From contig WRBO01000005.1 in NCBI GenBank assembly GCA_009784555.1, positions 6,406 to 70,405 of the forward strand: a stretch of DNA of 64,000 bases, given 5' to 3'. Within the stretch, counting starts at the first letter, position 1, and each line of letters starts with the position of its first letter. The position numbers and the translations under genes were made by a program. Below the pieces are notes generated by a model. The model saw only the letters and a list, made by a program, of their open reading frames with translations, ran no database searches and was not told where the DNA came from. The DNA comes from Bacillota bacterium (lineage in GTDB: Bacteria; Bacillota; Clostridia; Christensenellales; UBA1242). This document shows positions 34,649 through 42,950 of the stretch, piece after piece.

Positions 34649-36013
34649 ATGCCAATCGTTTCGGGCACACTCTATTACGACGGCAACCGAACCGCGTCCG
34701 TTTCAACCGCAACGGGGGTCATTCCAAATGTTCCGATTGTTTTGATGGATATATCGGGAAATATATTGAATACCGTGGTAACGGACACAAACGGAGCCTT
34801 TCAATTTACAAATGTCGCGGCGGGAAATTATGCAATTGCCCAGGCATATAACAACATCCCTGGCACCTGCCCCCCGCCATCCTATGTTCGATTGTATTCC
34901 CCTGGTACCGTGCCTGGGAACGCGTTGGATTGTACCGTGCGGAATACCTGGTTGGAAACGGTTGCCGCCGCACCAATCACGAACATCAACATGATGAACG
35001 GCCCCGTCCAACACACACCAATGGTGATGGACACCAACATCATTGTCGACCCGCAAAACTTGGTCACGGATGCGGACAACGGCACATTCGGAACGTTTTC
35101 CGTGGGAACGGTTGCGAATACGGGGGTGACGTTGACCCCTGGGCAAACCGACCCGTATCACGAAATCATGTCACAATTTACCTATGTTATGGCGGCCACG
35201 GGCACCGCAAACCCCGTACCAAACGACGGACAATATACCGTCCAAAATATAATGAACAACAGCCACAGTAACGCCGCAAACACATGGTGGCGGGTGGCCG
35301 ACCACACGACGGGAAATGAAACCGGCCGCATGATGGTCATCAACGGATACACGGCGGGAACCGTAATTGGCCAAACCACGGTTCCCGTCACCCCAAACAC
35401 AAATTACCTAACGTCCTATTGGATATTGAATTTATGTAAATTGGGCAGTGGTTATATAAACCCGGAATTCAGCGTCCAAATAACCGACCAAAATAACGTG
35501 CCCATTTACACACACGATTTCACCAATGAAATTGGAATAAACACCCAATGCCCCGAGTGGCAGCAAATCGGCACAATATTCAAAACCGCCACCGACACAA
35601 CCGCCGTAACAATTAAATTCATCAGCCAAGGCGGCCCGCAAACGGGTAACGATTACGTCCTGGACGATGTCGCATTGAACCGCATCGACATATTGGAACT
35701 AAACATCACAAAAGACGTCAGTTGCCAATACGCCACCGCGGGCGGAACATTGTATTACGAAATCACAATATCCAACCCCACCGATTACGTTGCAACACAA
35801 ATCACTCTGGTTGATGATATTGACCTGTATGATGTGAAATTCACGCTAGATGGGGAAACTTGGCTGCCTTGGACGGGGACCCTAGACATCGATGACATGC
35901 CCCCGAATGGTTCGGGCAACATCATTATCCGCGGGCGGGTACGTTCCAATGCCGTCGGCACAATTACAAACGCCGCAACGGTCACCGCAACATTTTGCAA
36001 GGAGGATACATGA
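34649..36013 (+). CDS. Multi-domain protein: Cna-B/SdrD-like N-terminal fold, central domain, C-terminal DUF11
   Basis: SD GGGAGG. VVTDTNGAFQFTNVAAGNYAI resembles a carboxypeptidase-regulatory/SdrD B-type strand pattern. The C-terminus LNITKDVSCQYATAGGTLYYEITISNPTD...ATFCKED is DUF11. No signal peptide. The TGA stop overlaps the next ATG (ATGA). Confidence 0.6.
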   Translation: MPIVSGTLYYDGNRTASVSTATGVIPNVPIVLMDISGNILNTVVTDTNGAFQFTNVAAGNYAIAQAYNNIPGTCPPPSYVRLYSPGTVPGNALDCTVRNTWLETVAAAPITNINMMNGPVQHTPMVMDTNIIVDPQNLVTDADNGTFGTFSVGTVANTGVTLTPGQTDPYHEIMSQFTYVMAATGTANPVPNDGQYTVQNIMNNSHSNAANTWWRVADHTTGNETGRMMVINGYTAGTVIGQTTVPVTPNTNYLTSYWILNLCKLGSGYINPEFSVQITDQNNVPIYTHDFTNEIGINTQCPEWQQIGTIFKTATDTTAVTIKFISQGGPQTGNDYVLDDVALNRIDILELNITKDVSCQYATAGGTLYYEITISNPTDYVATQITLVDDIDLYDVKFTLDGETWLPWTGTLDIDDMPPNGSGNIIIRGRVRSNAVGTITNAATVTATFCKEDT

Positions 36014-36522
36014 AAATTCAAAACATCGCCCGCCTGGGCGGAAACATGACGGGCTGCGATTGCGAGGATATTCTCCAACGCCTGACGGCCCTAGAGGAAG
36101 TTGAACCATGCGATTGCGAAGCCATAGACACAGAGCTAAAGCGACTGGACCAAGCAACGGCAATTTCAGGGGTCAGGGTCAGGACATCTCCAACGCCCCA
36201 GATGGCTGGACTAGGGGCTTCGGTCATCAGCATCGGGCCAACATTCAACTATTGGGGTTCAGGTGTAAAAGTCGGTAACAGCGGTAATCTAGTACAGCAA
36301 AATTATTATTTGGTAACTCCTGCTGAATTTCCTGAACTTGCCTGGTACCAGGGTTCTACAACAATTTCCACCGTTTGGATAAGCACCGAGAGCAACCCGA
36401 TGCCCCTTTATATAAACCAAACAGGCATTTGGTTTCATCCAACGAACACCATGACCATACCAAACAACGCCACTTTTAATTTCACCCAAACATTGATTTT
36501 AACACCGCCAACCACACCATAG
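36010..36522 (+). CDS. Hypothetical protein with a CDC-motif helical N-terminus and a beta-rich C-terminal domain
   Basis: SD AAGGAGG lies 5 nt before the ATG at 36010. The protein begins MKIQNIARLGGNMTGCDCEDILQRLTALEEVEPCDCEAIDTELKRLD and continues with an aromatic/Thr/Asn-rich domain. It is translationally coupled to the upstream gene. Confidence 0.55.
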   Translation: MKIQNIARLGGNMTGCDCEDILQRLTALEEVEPCDCEAIDTELKRLDQATAISGVRVRTSPTPQMAGLGASVISIGPTFNYWGSGVKVGNSGNLVQQNYYLVTPAEFPELAWYQGSTTISTVWISTESNPMPLYINQTGIWFHPTNTMTIPNNATFNFTQTLILTPPTTP

Positions 36523-36534
36523 GAGGAGCTGCAA

Positions 36535-36867
36535 ATGGCAACATGTTACGGTCCGTTCAATTTTACCAGCAACATCACTGAAACCGAAATCCTGGATATC
36601 AAAATATCCAAGGATACCTGTCGATACACGATTGCTGGCCGAAATATTTGTTACACGATAACGGCCATTAACAATGGCGATGTTACCCTGTACGAACTCT
36701 TGTTTTCCGACGCATTACCCGAAAACACCCAATATGTAATTGGGTCATTCACGGTTGACGGCACGCCGCACATTCCAATGATGGCCAACAATACAATCCA
36801 GTATCCAATTACCCTGGAACCCAACATCCCCGTGATAATAAAATTTTGTGTGGCGGTTATTATCTAA
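36535..36867 (+). CDS. Small DUF11 protein with no signal peptide
   Basis: SD AGGAGG. ILDIKISKDTCRYTIAGRNICYTITAINNGD...IKFCVAVII places its Cys residues at the same positions as the 34197 gene product. Confidence 0.65.
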   Translation: MATCYGPFNFTSNITETEILDIKISKDTCRYTIAGRNICYTITAINNGDVTLYELLFSDALPENTQYVIGSFTVDGTPHIPMMANNTIQYPITLEPNIPVIIKFCVAVII

Positions 36868-38521
36868 ATGAACTCTTGTCGACGAATTCTTCGTCCAATA
36901 TGGCCAATAACCATGTGTTGCCCAATGAATCAACCAATACGGGCACGGTCATTGTCATTGGGTTTTCAATAACGTTTCCATCTTCGTCATGTGTGAAATC
37001 CATTACTTCGGTTATCGAACGCATGTAAAAGAACGCGTTGCCGATGCGTTCGCCCGCACGGCCAACCGTTTGCAATGCACCAACGCGCAGACCCATTTCG
37101 CGGTCTTGTGGTGTTCCGCCGCCGCCCAAAAAGTTACCCATGAAATCAACTACCGTGACCGCACCGCTGTCGCTCATGTAATAGATACGGTTCGCGCCGA
37201 CTTTGATAATTTCGGAAACGTCGGTTGCAACAATTCCGCCGAACGGCCCGTTCATGTCGAACACAAAACGATTTTGGTCGTTTACATTGGTGTTGCGAAC
37301 ATAACGCAGGATGTTATTCGCCGATTGCGAAAAGAACATTGGTTGTACCCCGCCGCCCGTTTCGGTGGCGGCAAAGAAATTTTCCGAGTCTTGGAAAATG
37401 TCCAAGGCTTGGAAGTGATTGCGAACAACGGCATTGCGGTCAACCGCATTTGGGTGCGTGTTGATAAACATGTTACGGTCATCGCGGTCGGCGGCAAACA
37501 GAATGCTTCCCTCGTCCTCGTGCGTGCGTTCAAACATGAACAATCCGCCGGAAACCGAGTGCGCGACATAATGTGCGCCAATCATGTCACCGATTACCTC
37601 TGGGCGTGCGCTGTACAATGGTGCGCGGCGCAAGATGTTTCCTTGGATGCCGCGGTCTTGTTCGTCTTCGTCACGGGCTTCTGTCCAATAAACGTAACTC
37701 ATCACCCCGCCGAAACCTTTGTGGTTTGTGATGTTTGAACTCTCAAAGTATGATGTTACACGTGGCATTGCAACCGATTGAACCTCTGACGCCAATTCGG
37801 TGACGCGACCCGGGTTACGGGAAACGCCAACGTGAACCAAACGTCCACCGTCATTAACGATGAGGAAACTCTGGCCATTTGCCCATCCAACCGTCCAGTG
37901 GTCTTGGGTCAAGTTTGCGGTGGATGTTGTGAACAGGCGACGGTGACCCGAACCATCCAACCGAACGCGAAAGAAATCTGTCAATGCGCTGTTCAACTGG
38001 CCTTGGCGGTTCATCAGGTTGTTTGGTGATGTGTAAATAAGATAGTCGCCAAAGACCCAAATAGCGGCCTCTTCAAAGCCCGCAATCTTTGGAACGACGA
38101 CATGCATGTCGCGTGCACGGGTGTTCCATGCCGCGCCGTAATGCTCGGCGTTTAATATGTCGTCATTGTGGCGCAATTCGCCGTCTTCCGCCAACCAACT
38201 GTTGTCGTAATCTGGGCGGCCGAATTCGTTCAATCGAACGCGGTATATCGCGCCATAGTTTGCGCGGTCATTGTGTGATAAACGGTTGTGTTCGTTTTGA
38301 CGGTATTGAATTTCGGAACGCGCGATAAAGTTCCCAACAAAGAACAGGTATCCGCCGACCGACACGGCAGGGCCGCCGTTACCGCTGACACTTAATGTGG
38401 TTTCTGGGCCACCCGACAATGGTGTGAACCGTCGTTGTGCGGCATTAATCAGGATGGTTGAAAGACCGCCCACAAACACGATGACGACGATTGCGATGAT
38501 AGTAATAATCCGTCTAGACAT
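36860..38521 (-). CDS. Membrane-anchored hypothetical protein (beta-propeller-like repeats guessed)
   Basis: 553 aa with an N-terminal TM IITIIAIVVIVFVGGLSTILI. Repeated patterns such as GDYLIYTS and NRIYYMSDSG. Convergent with the DUF11 operon and overlaps it by 8 nt. Confidence 0.55.
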   Translation of the reverse strand: MSRRIITIIAIVVIVFVGGLSTILINAAQRRFTPLSGGPETTLSVSGNGGPAVSVGGYLFFVGNFIARSEIQYRQNEHNRLSHNDRANYGAIYRVRLNEFGRPDYDNSWLAEDGELRHNDDILNAEHYGAAWNTRARDMHVVVPKIAGFEEAAIWVFGDYLIYTSPNNLMNRQGQLNSALTDFFRVRLDGSGHRRLFTTSTANLTQDHWTVGWANGQSFLIVNDGGRLVHVGVSRNPGRVTELASEVQSVAMPRVTSYFESSNITNHKGFGGVMSYVYWTEARDEDEQDRGIQGNILRRAPLYSARPEVIGDMIGAHYVAHSVSGGLFMFERTHEDEGSILFAADRDDRNMFINTHPNAVDRNAVVRNHFQALDIFQDSENFFAATETGGGVQPMFFSQSANNILRYVRNTNVNDQNRFVFDMNGPFGGIVATDVSEIIKVGANRIYYMSDSGAVTVVDFMGNFLGGGGTPQDREMGLRVGALQTVGRAGERIGNAFFYMRSITEVMDFTHDEDGNVIENPMTMTVPVLVDSLGNTWLLAILDEEFVDKSSFR

Positions 38522-38590
38522 ATCAAAGATTATACCCCATTACCCCGCACATAGTCAACGTTAAAAGTTTCCATATATAGTATTACAAAT

Positions 38591-38997
38591 CATTTGGCCC
38601 GAGGGCGTTAGCCGTGTGATGCGCACGCAGTGCAAACCGAATAGTTCGGGCCGAGGCCGCAGGCCGAGCGTTTGGCCCGAAGGCAAAGCCCTGGGGGGGG
38701 GGTTTTACTTTTGCGTTTTCCGTTGGGGGGGTTTTCTAGGGGGCCTCCTTGCAGGGAAAACTAACTTTTCGGGCCGAAGCCGAGCGGAGCGAGGAGCGTT
38801 GTACAGTCACGATTGGTTGTGATGCATTGTGCACACTTGCCAGGAGAAATGACCGCCATGTTTATTTAGTTTTATAAAAGCACACAGGGCAGGCCAATTT
38901 CTCTGGTCCTCGGGTGCGAAAAGTTGTTGTTCCCTCGTCGGCCCTGTACCTTACAGTAACATGGATTGATTTTTATTCAAGGGTGTTACTGACAATT
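38591..38997 (+). ncRNA. Structured repeat element, copy B
   Basis: 38591-38745 matches 18494-18640, including an identical 42-nt block ATAGTTCGGGCCGAGGCCGCAGGCCGAGCGTTTGGCCCGAAG. Twin G tracts are G10 (38693-38702) and G7 (38725-38731). The middle is unique, closed by a long-range helix ACAGGGC...GCCCTGT (38884-38890 with 38941-38947). The shared 3' tail is CCTTACAGTAACATGG...AAGGGTGTTACTGACAATTTTA. Confidence 0.5.
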
Positions 38998-39213
38998 TTA
39001 ATCATTTAGATTCCCCAAGATATCTTCATATGAACAATCCAAAGATTTACACAGTTTCTTTAATACTTCCAAACTGGGTAGTCCTCTGCCCGCCGCATAA
39101 TCACCAATCACCGTCGGTGTGACACCAACCTCCTCGGCGATTTTCCTGTTGGTTTTTCCCGAGTATTTTATGTGGCGTTTTATATTATCCGCAATCGCCT
39201 CTCTGAACGTCAT
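38998..39213 (-). CDS. XRE family HTH transcriptional regulator (71 aa)
   Basis: HTH_3 pattern: GKTNRKIAEEVGVTPTVIGDYAAGRGLPSLEVLKKLCKSLDCSYEDIL. Confidence 0.85.
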   Translation of the reverse strand: MTFREAIADNIKRHIKYSGKTNRKIAEEVGVTPTVIGDYAAGRGLPSLEVLKKLCKSLDCSYEDILGNLND

Positions 39214-39222
39214 GCTCTATGA

Positions 39223-39275
39223 TGAGATTTTATCTCACAAAAATACTTGACATGAGATATCATCTCACTTATTGT
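39223..39275 (+). promoter_or_regulatory. Divergent promoter and operator region of XRE module 1
   Basis: Two 15-bp palindromes TGAGAT-N3-ATCTCA lie at 39223-39237 and 39253-39267. They flank and overlap TTGACA (39247-39252), 17 nt, then TATTGT (39270-39275), which drives the small + strand ORF. Confidence 0.6.
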
Positions 39276-39306
39276 TGTTCTAGTAAAACTACAAAGGGGG
39301 CACACG

Positions 39307-39435
39307 ATGGATGAAGTCATTAGGGAGTTGTTGGAGATACTGCGCGGCTATATGGAGGATATGGCGACATTGCGAACACGGATGAACGAAACAATTAGGC
39401 GTATCGCCGAGTTAGTTGCCGACGAGGGCAAATAA
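39307..39435 (+). CDS. 42-aa helical microprotein, paralogue 1
   Basis: Encodes MDEVIRELLEILRGYMEDMATLRTRMNETIRRIAELVADEGK, with SD AAAGGGGG. It differs from 43539-43667 at 7 of 129 nt: 6 synonymous changes and one Asp/Glu change. It is too short for the supplied ORF track. Confidence 0.7.
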   Translation: MDEVIRELLEILRGYMEDMATLRTRMNETIRRIAELVADEGK

Positions 39436-39454
39436 CTTTTCGCATCCGAGGACA

Positions 39455-39492
39455 AGAAAAAATGGCCTGCCCCGCAAGCCATCTTTTTTTAT
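39455..39492. terminator. Bidirectional intrinsic terminator
   Basis: AAAAAATGGC-ctgccccgcaa-GCCATCTTTTTTT lies between the convergent microprotein and permease genes. The stem is short. Confidence 0.45.
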
Positions 39493-39565
39493 TAGTTCCT
39501 TGGCGGTCTTTTTTCCTCCGCAGGAAAGAAAAGCCTATTTGCCCGAAGGAGGCAACGGGTAAACC

Positions 39566-40990
39566 TTACTCCGCCGCTTCTTCCACAACCATTTCCTCCG
39601 CCGCGACCGCATCCTCTGCCCTATCCTTTTTCAACAGAAACAACGCACCAATCCCCATAATGACACCAAAGGCCAAAAGATACCATACAACGTTAAGACG
39701 GTGAATATCCACCGCGGCATATATCATAAAGATACATCCCGCAATCGCGGCACCAGGTGCGATAAATCGGTTAAAGAAATTCAAATCGCGTTGTTTAATC
39801 ATCATCCCAATCAAAATAGGAACAAGGAAAGCCCAGAAAGTTATAGGCGCAAACCCAGGCAAGTCCACAGGCATCGGCCCATCACCCGGCGCCCATCCAT
39901 ACCATCCCGCAAAGTTCCCGCCAAACAACATCAACGCAATCACGGCAACCAGTAATGACATAAGCGCGCTGTTGTGCGGAACGTTTGTCTTTTTGTCGAC
40001 CTGGATAAACAATTCCTGGCCCGGGCCTTTTTTACGTATTGCCAAGGCATAGAACGCACGTTGCCCCGCCATGGTCACACCATTCAATGTTCCAAGGCAA
40101 GATATAACAATAAACACAAACAACACCGTCCCCGCCGCCGAACCGAATATCCCCGTGAATGCACCCATTACCCCGCCCGCACGGGCCAAGTCAGCAATAT
40201 TGCCCGAGGAATAAATTCCTATGAAATAAATCGCATAAACCGCAATGATTATAATCCCGCCGACAATCATGGCCATTGGCATGTTGCGACGGCTGTTTTT
40301 AATCTCGCTGTTCATGCTGGTTATAACCCACCATCCGTCATATGCAAAGGCGGTCGCCACCAAAGCCAAAAAGAACGGGTTTGCAACATATCCCATGTCG
40401 GGCAATGTTGCGCCATAGTTAGAACCAATCGTTCCGCGGGCCAATCCAACAATCAAACCAACAACACCCATCAACAACAACGGTATCAATTTAATCACCG
40501 TCGTCGACACGTGGAAGCGCGCCGCCAATTTCGGCCCCAACGCGTTCATTACATAGATGGCAATCAGGTACACCCCAGCCAGCATCATTGTTTGCCCCGA
40601 AAAGACGGGTGACGCGTTCCAACCGAACAATTCAACGGTAAAGCGGGCACTGACCCATGCCATGACCGCCGTAATCGCGGGGATATAGAATAACGCCATA
40701 AACCATGACAAGAAATACCCATACCGTTTCCCCACCATTGCATCGGCGTAATCGGTCATGCCGCTCATCTTTTCGTGACGGGTCGCCAGAACCGCAAAGG
40801 TATACGCAAAGGCAAGCATTATCAGACCCCCGACAATCCACGCGCCCAAACCCATGAACAGGTTCCCCTGGACCGCGCGGATAACGTCTTCGTTACGAAA
40901 GAAAATACCACTGCCTATGACCACGCCAACAATCATACAGACCGCCATGACGAACCCGTACTTTCGTTTTAATTTATTTTCCGTTTCCAT
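39566..40990 (-). CDS. APC superfamily amino acid permease
   Basis: About 12 TM segments. The N-terminus METENKLKRKYGFVMAVCMIVGVVIGSGIFFR is typical of APC transporters. The ATG at 40990 is preceded by AAGGAG, and the ORF is open to 41083. Confidence 0.85.
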   Translation of the reverse strand: METENKLKRKYGFVMAVCMIVGVVIGSGIFFRNEDVIRAVQGNLFMGLGAWIVGGLIMLAFAYTFAVLATRHEKMSGMTDYADAMVGKRYGYFLSWFMALFYIPAITAVMAWVSARFTVELFGWNASPVFSGQTMMLAGVYLIAIYVMNALGPKLAARFHVSTTVIKLIPLLLMGVVGLIVGLARGTIGSNYGATLPDMGYVANPFFLALVATAFAYDGWWVITSMNSEIKNSRRNMPMAMIVGGIIIIAVYAIYFIGIYSSGNIADLARAGGVMGAFTGIFGSAAGTVLFVFIVISCLGTLNGVTMAGQRAFYALAIRKKGPGQELFIQVDKKTNVPHNSALMSLLVAVIALMLFGGNFAGWYGWAPGDGPMPVDLPGFAPITFWAFLVPILIGMMIKQRDLNFFNRFIAPGAAIAGCIFMIYAAVDIHRLNVVWYLLAFGVIMGIGALFLLKKDRAEDAVAAEEMVVEEAAE

Positions 40991-41209
40991 TTTTTTCTCC
41001 TTATCTTGTAGCACGTCATTGGCTGTGACTTTGCAATTAAAAAACTCGGCTTCACCCATATGGGGGAACCGAGTCAAATGCAATCAACGCCAATAGGCCA
41101 TGTTAATACACCGTCCGGTACCCCGAATCAATGTGCCAACGCCAGAAAAGTCCCTTCACAGCCAATTTCATGTTAATACATTATTATGCAAAAATATTGA
41201 TGTTGTCAA
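40991..41209 (-). promoter_or_regulatory. Promoter plus a roughly 190-nt structured leader with an intrinsic terminator (candidate riboswitch or attenuator)
   Basis: Minus strand reads TTGACA (41209-41204), 17 nt, then TAATAA (41186-41181). The terminator is ACUCGG...CCGAGU plus U7 (41074-41037). An 11-bp long-range complement joins 41156-41166 and 41018-41028. The direct repeat TGTATTAACATG occurs twice. Confidence 0.5.
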
Positions 41210-41848
41210 CTAGGTATTTTTCTCTCTCCATTGTGCAACCGCAGCCGCGTGTATTTCTTTTGTTTCGTTTGAAACGACACGCCCGCCGAATACGGGTTTC
41301 AGGGTCAGAATCCAAACCCACACCGCAGCCGCGCCAAGCAAACCGCCAGGAATCCATAACGCCAATCCAACCAATCCCATTGGTTCATCCAGACTGGAAT
41401 GCCGTGGGTCGTTTGGCCGAAACCACACGGTGAATGTCCCGTATATCAAAACATTTCCGTCGTCGTCCAAAACCTCGGCCCCGCCCAAGTTATTCAAAAA
41501 CCAATTGTGATTGCGGTTAAACAATGTCGACATTTCATGTACAAATGTTTCGCCGTCAACATCGTATTCGATACGTATGTCCAAACGGAATTCGTTCCAT
41601 TGCGGACGGTCTTCACGCACTATGGACACGACACGGCCCTCGGTTCTTTCGCTGTATCTTGTCATAAAATGACTTAAAATAAATCCGCCGGCAATCAATC
41701 CCGCCGCAAAGATGGTTAAAACCATTACCATGATGAAGCTGGTTCGCATTTCGCGTTTTGTCCACACGTCTGCGGGGCGGCCGTTTTTTCGCATTGGTAT
41801 TTGATATCGGTCGATATCCCATTGTGTTACGTTGTTATCCATGGCCAC
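41210..41848 (-). CDS. Membrane protein (DUF3592-like guess)
   Basis: 212 aa with a TM near the N-terminus (FIMVMVLTIFAAGLIAGGFIL), a beta-rich middle and a C-terminal TM (LVGLALWIPGGLLGAAAVWVWIL). Confidence 0.5.
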   Translation of the reverse strand: MAMDNNVTQWDIDRYQIPMRKNGRPADVWTKREMRTSFIMVMVLTIFAAGLIAGGFILSHFMTRYSERTEGRVVSIVREDRPQWNEFRLDIRIEYDVDGETFVHEMSTLFNRNHNWFLNNLGGAEVLDDDGNVLIYGTFTVWFRPNDPRHSSLDEPMGLVGLALWIPGGLLGAAAVWVWILTLKPVFGGRVVSNETKEIHAAAVAQWREKNT

Positions 41849-41854
41849 ATTTTA

Positions 41855-42364
41855 TCACATCATCCATCGCACGACAAGCGCACCCAGGACGGCCGCCAAG
41901 AACGTACATAACAATGCAATTGGAATGGCCGCGCCCAGGTTTTTGATTTTCGTTTTGGAGAAGTAAACGGCACTTATATAAAAGATTGTTTCGCTGCTGC
42001 CTGCTACTATTCCTGCTACTCGTGTTATGTAACTGTCTGGGCCGTGTTCGATTACGATTTGTTCAAACAGGGCGACACTGCCCCCACCGCTGAATGGCTT
42101 TATCATTATGAATGGCGTTAATTCGTGCGGAATGCCCACCAGGTCGAATATAGGGCGCGCAAGCAGCGACAGCAGGTCAAGCAAACCAGACGCCGCGAAC
42201 AATTGCACCGCGACAAGGATTGCCGCCAAGAACGGCAGGATTCCAACAATTAGTTTGATTGCCGAACGCGCGCCCTCTACAAACGAATCGTATGTATTCA
42301 CGCCATGCCATATTGCATAGACAAAGATGCCCAGGATAAATACAGGGATTATATAGACGCTCAT
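41855..42364 (-). CDS. spmB: Nucleoside-recognition (Gate) domain membrane protein, SpmB-like
   Basis: The start MSVYIIPVFILGIFVYAIWHG overlaps the upstream TGA (ATGA). Polytopic membrane protein with IMIKPFSGGGS. Confidence 0.65.
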   Translation of the reverse strand: MSVYIIPVFILGIFVYAIWHGVNTYDSFVEGARSAIKLIVGILPFLAAILVAVQLFAASGLLDLLSLLARPIFDLVGIPHELTPFIMIKPFSGGGSVALFEQIVIEHGPDSYITRVAGIVAGSSETIFYISAVYFSKTKIKNLGAAIPIALLCTFLAAVLGALVVRWMM

Positions 42365-42927
42365 GCACGCTTCCTCCCCAGATATTTCACGATTAACACA
42401 CCAAGGAGGGTTGTAACGGTTGATACCAAAAATGTGGGCCATATTATCCAACCGCTGTTGGTACTGTTATGTTTGTCCAGGATTCCGATGACGGTTGTAG
42501 GCAGGAGTTGCATTGACGTAGCCGACAGGACAAAGAGCATTACCATCGCGTTGCTGGCACGACGCTGTTCGGGTTCGGCCATTTTTTCGATTGCATCGAT
42601 TGCGGCGGGGGTTGCGGCACCGCCCGCACCAATCATGTTTGCGCTTATGTTCGTGGCGAGAAGGTCATTTACATCCTCCCGTTGTTCGCCAAAGAGCCAT
42701 CGTATTACGGGGCGCATCAAGCGGGCCAATCGTTGCACCAGGCCCGAATCCACCGCGATTTGAACGATACCCATCCAAAAGATATAAATTGCGGAAAGAG
42801 TAATTGCCAATTGTACGCCCGAGGCGGCGGCATCCAATGATATGCCCAACACAGATGATGGGGCGGAAAATATCAGCATCGTTATGGATGCGACCATCAT
42901 TGCGGCAAAGATTATGGACATTCCCAT
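42361..42927 (-). CDS. spmA: Nucleoside-recognition (Gate) domain membrane protein, SpmA-like
   Basis: Polytopic membrane protein containing NISANMIGAGGAATPAAIDAIEKM, characteristic of SpmA-type proteins. No obvious SD precedes the ATG. Confidence 0.65.
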   Translation of the reverse strand: MGMSIIFAAMMVASITMLIFSAPSSVLGISLDAAASGVQLAITLSAIYIFWMGIVQIAVDSGLVQRLARLMRPVIRWLFGEQREDVNDLLATNISANMIGAGGAATPAAIDAIEKMAEPEQRRASNAMVMLFVLSATSMQLLPTTVIGILDKHNSTNSGWIIWPTFLVSTVTTLLGVLIVKYLGRKRA

Positions 42928-42950
42928 GTATATGCGATTTTCATGGCAAT

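Noticed and set aside
40991-41209. T-box riboswitch in the permease leader
   Set aside because: The closest match to the T-box sequence (GGGUGGUACCGCG) is UCGGGGUACCGGAC. This lacks the UGGN bulge context and lies about 50 nt from the terminator. No specifier-loop or AG-bulge features were recognised. It is kept only as an unclassified leader.
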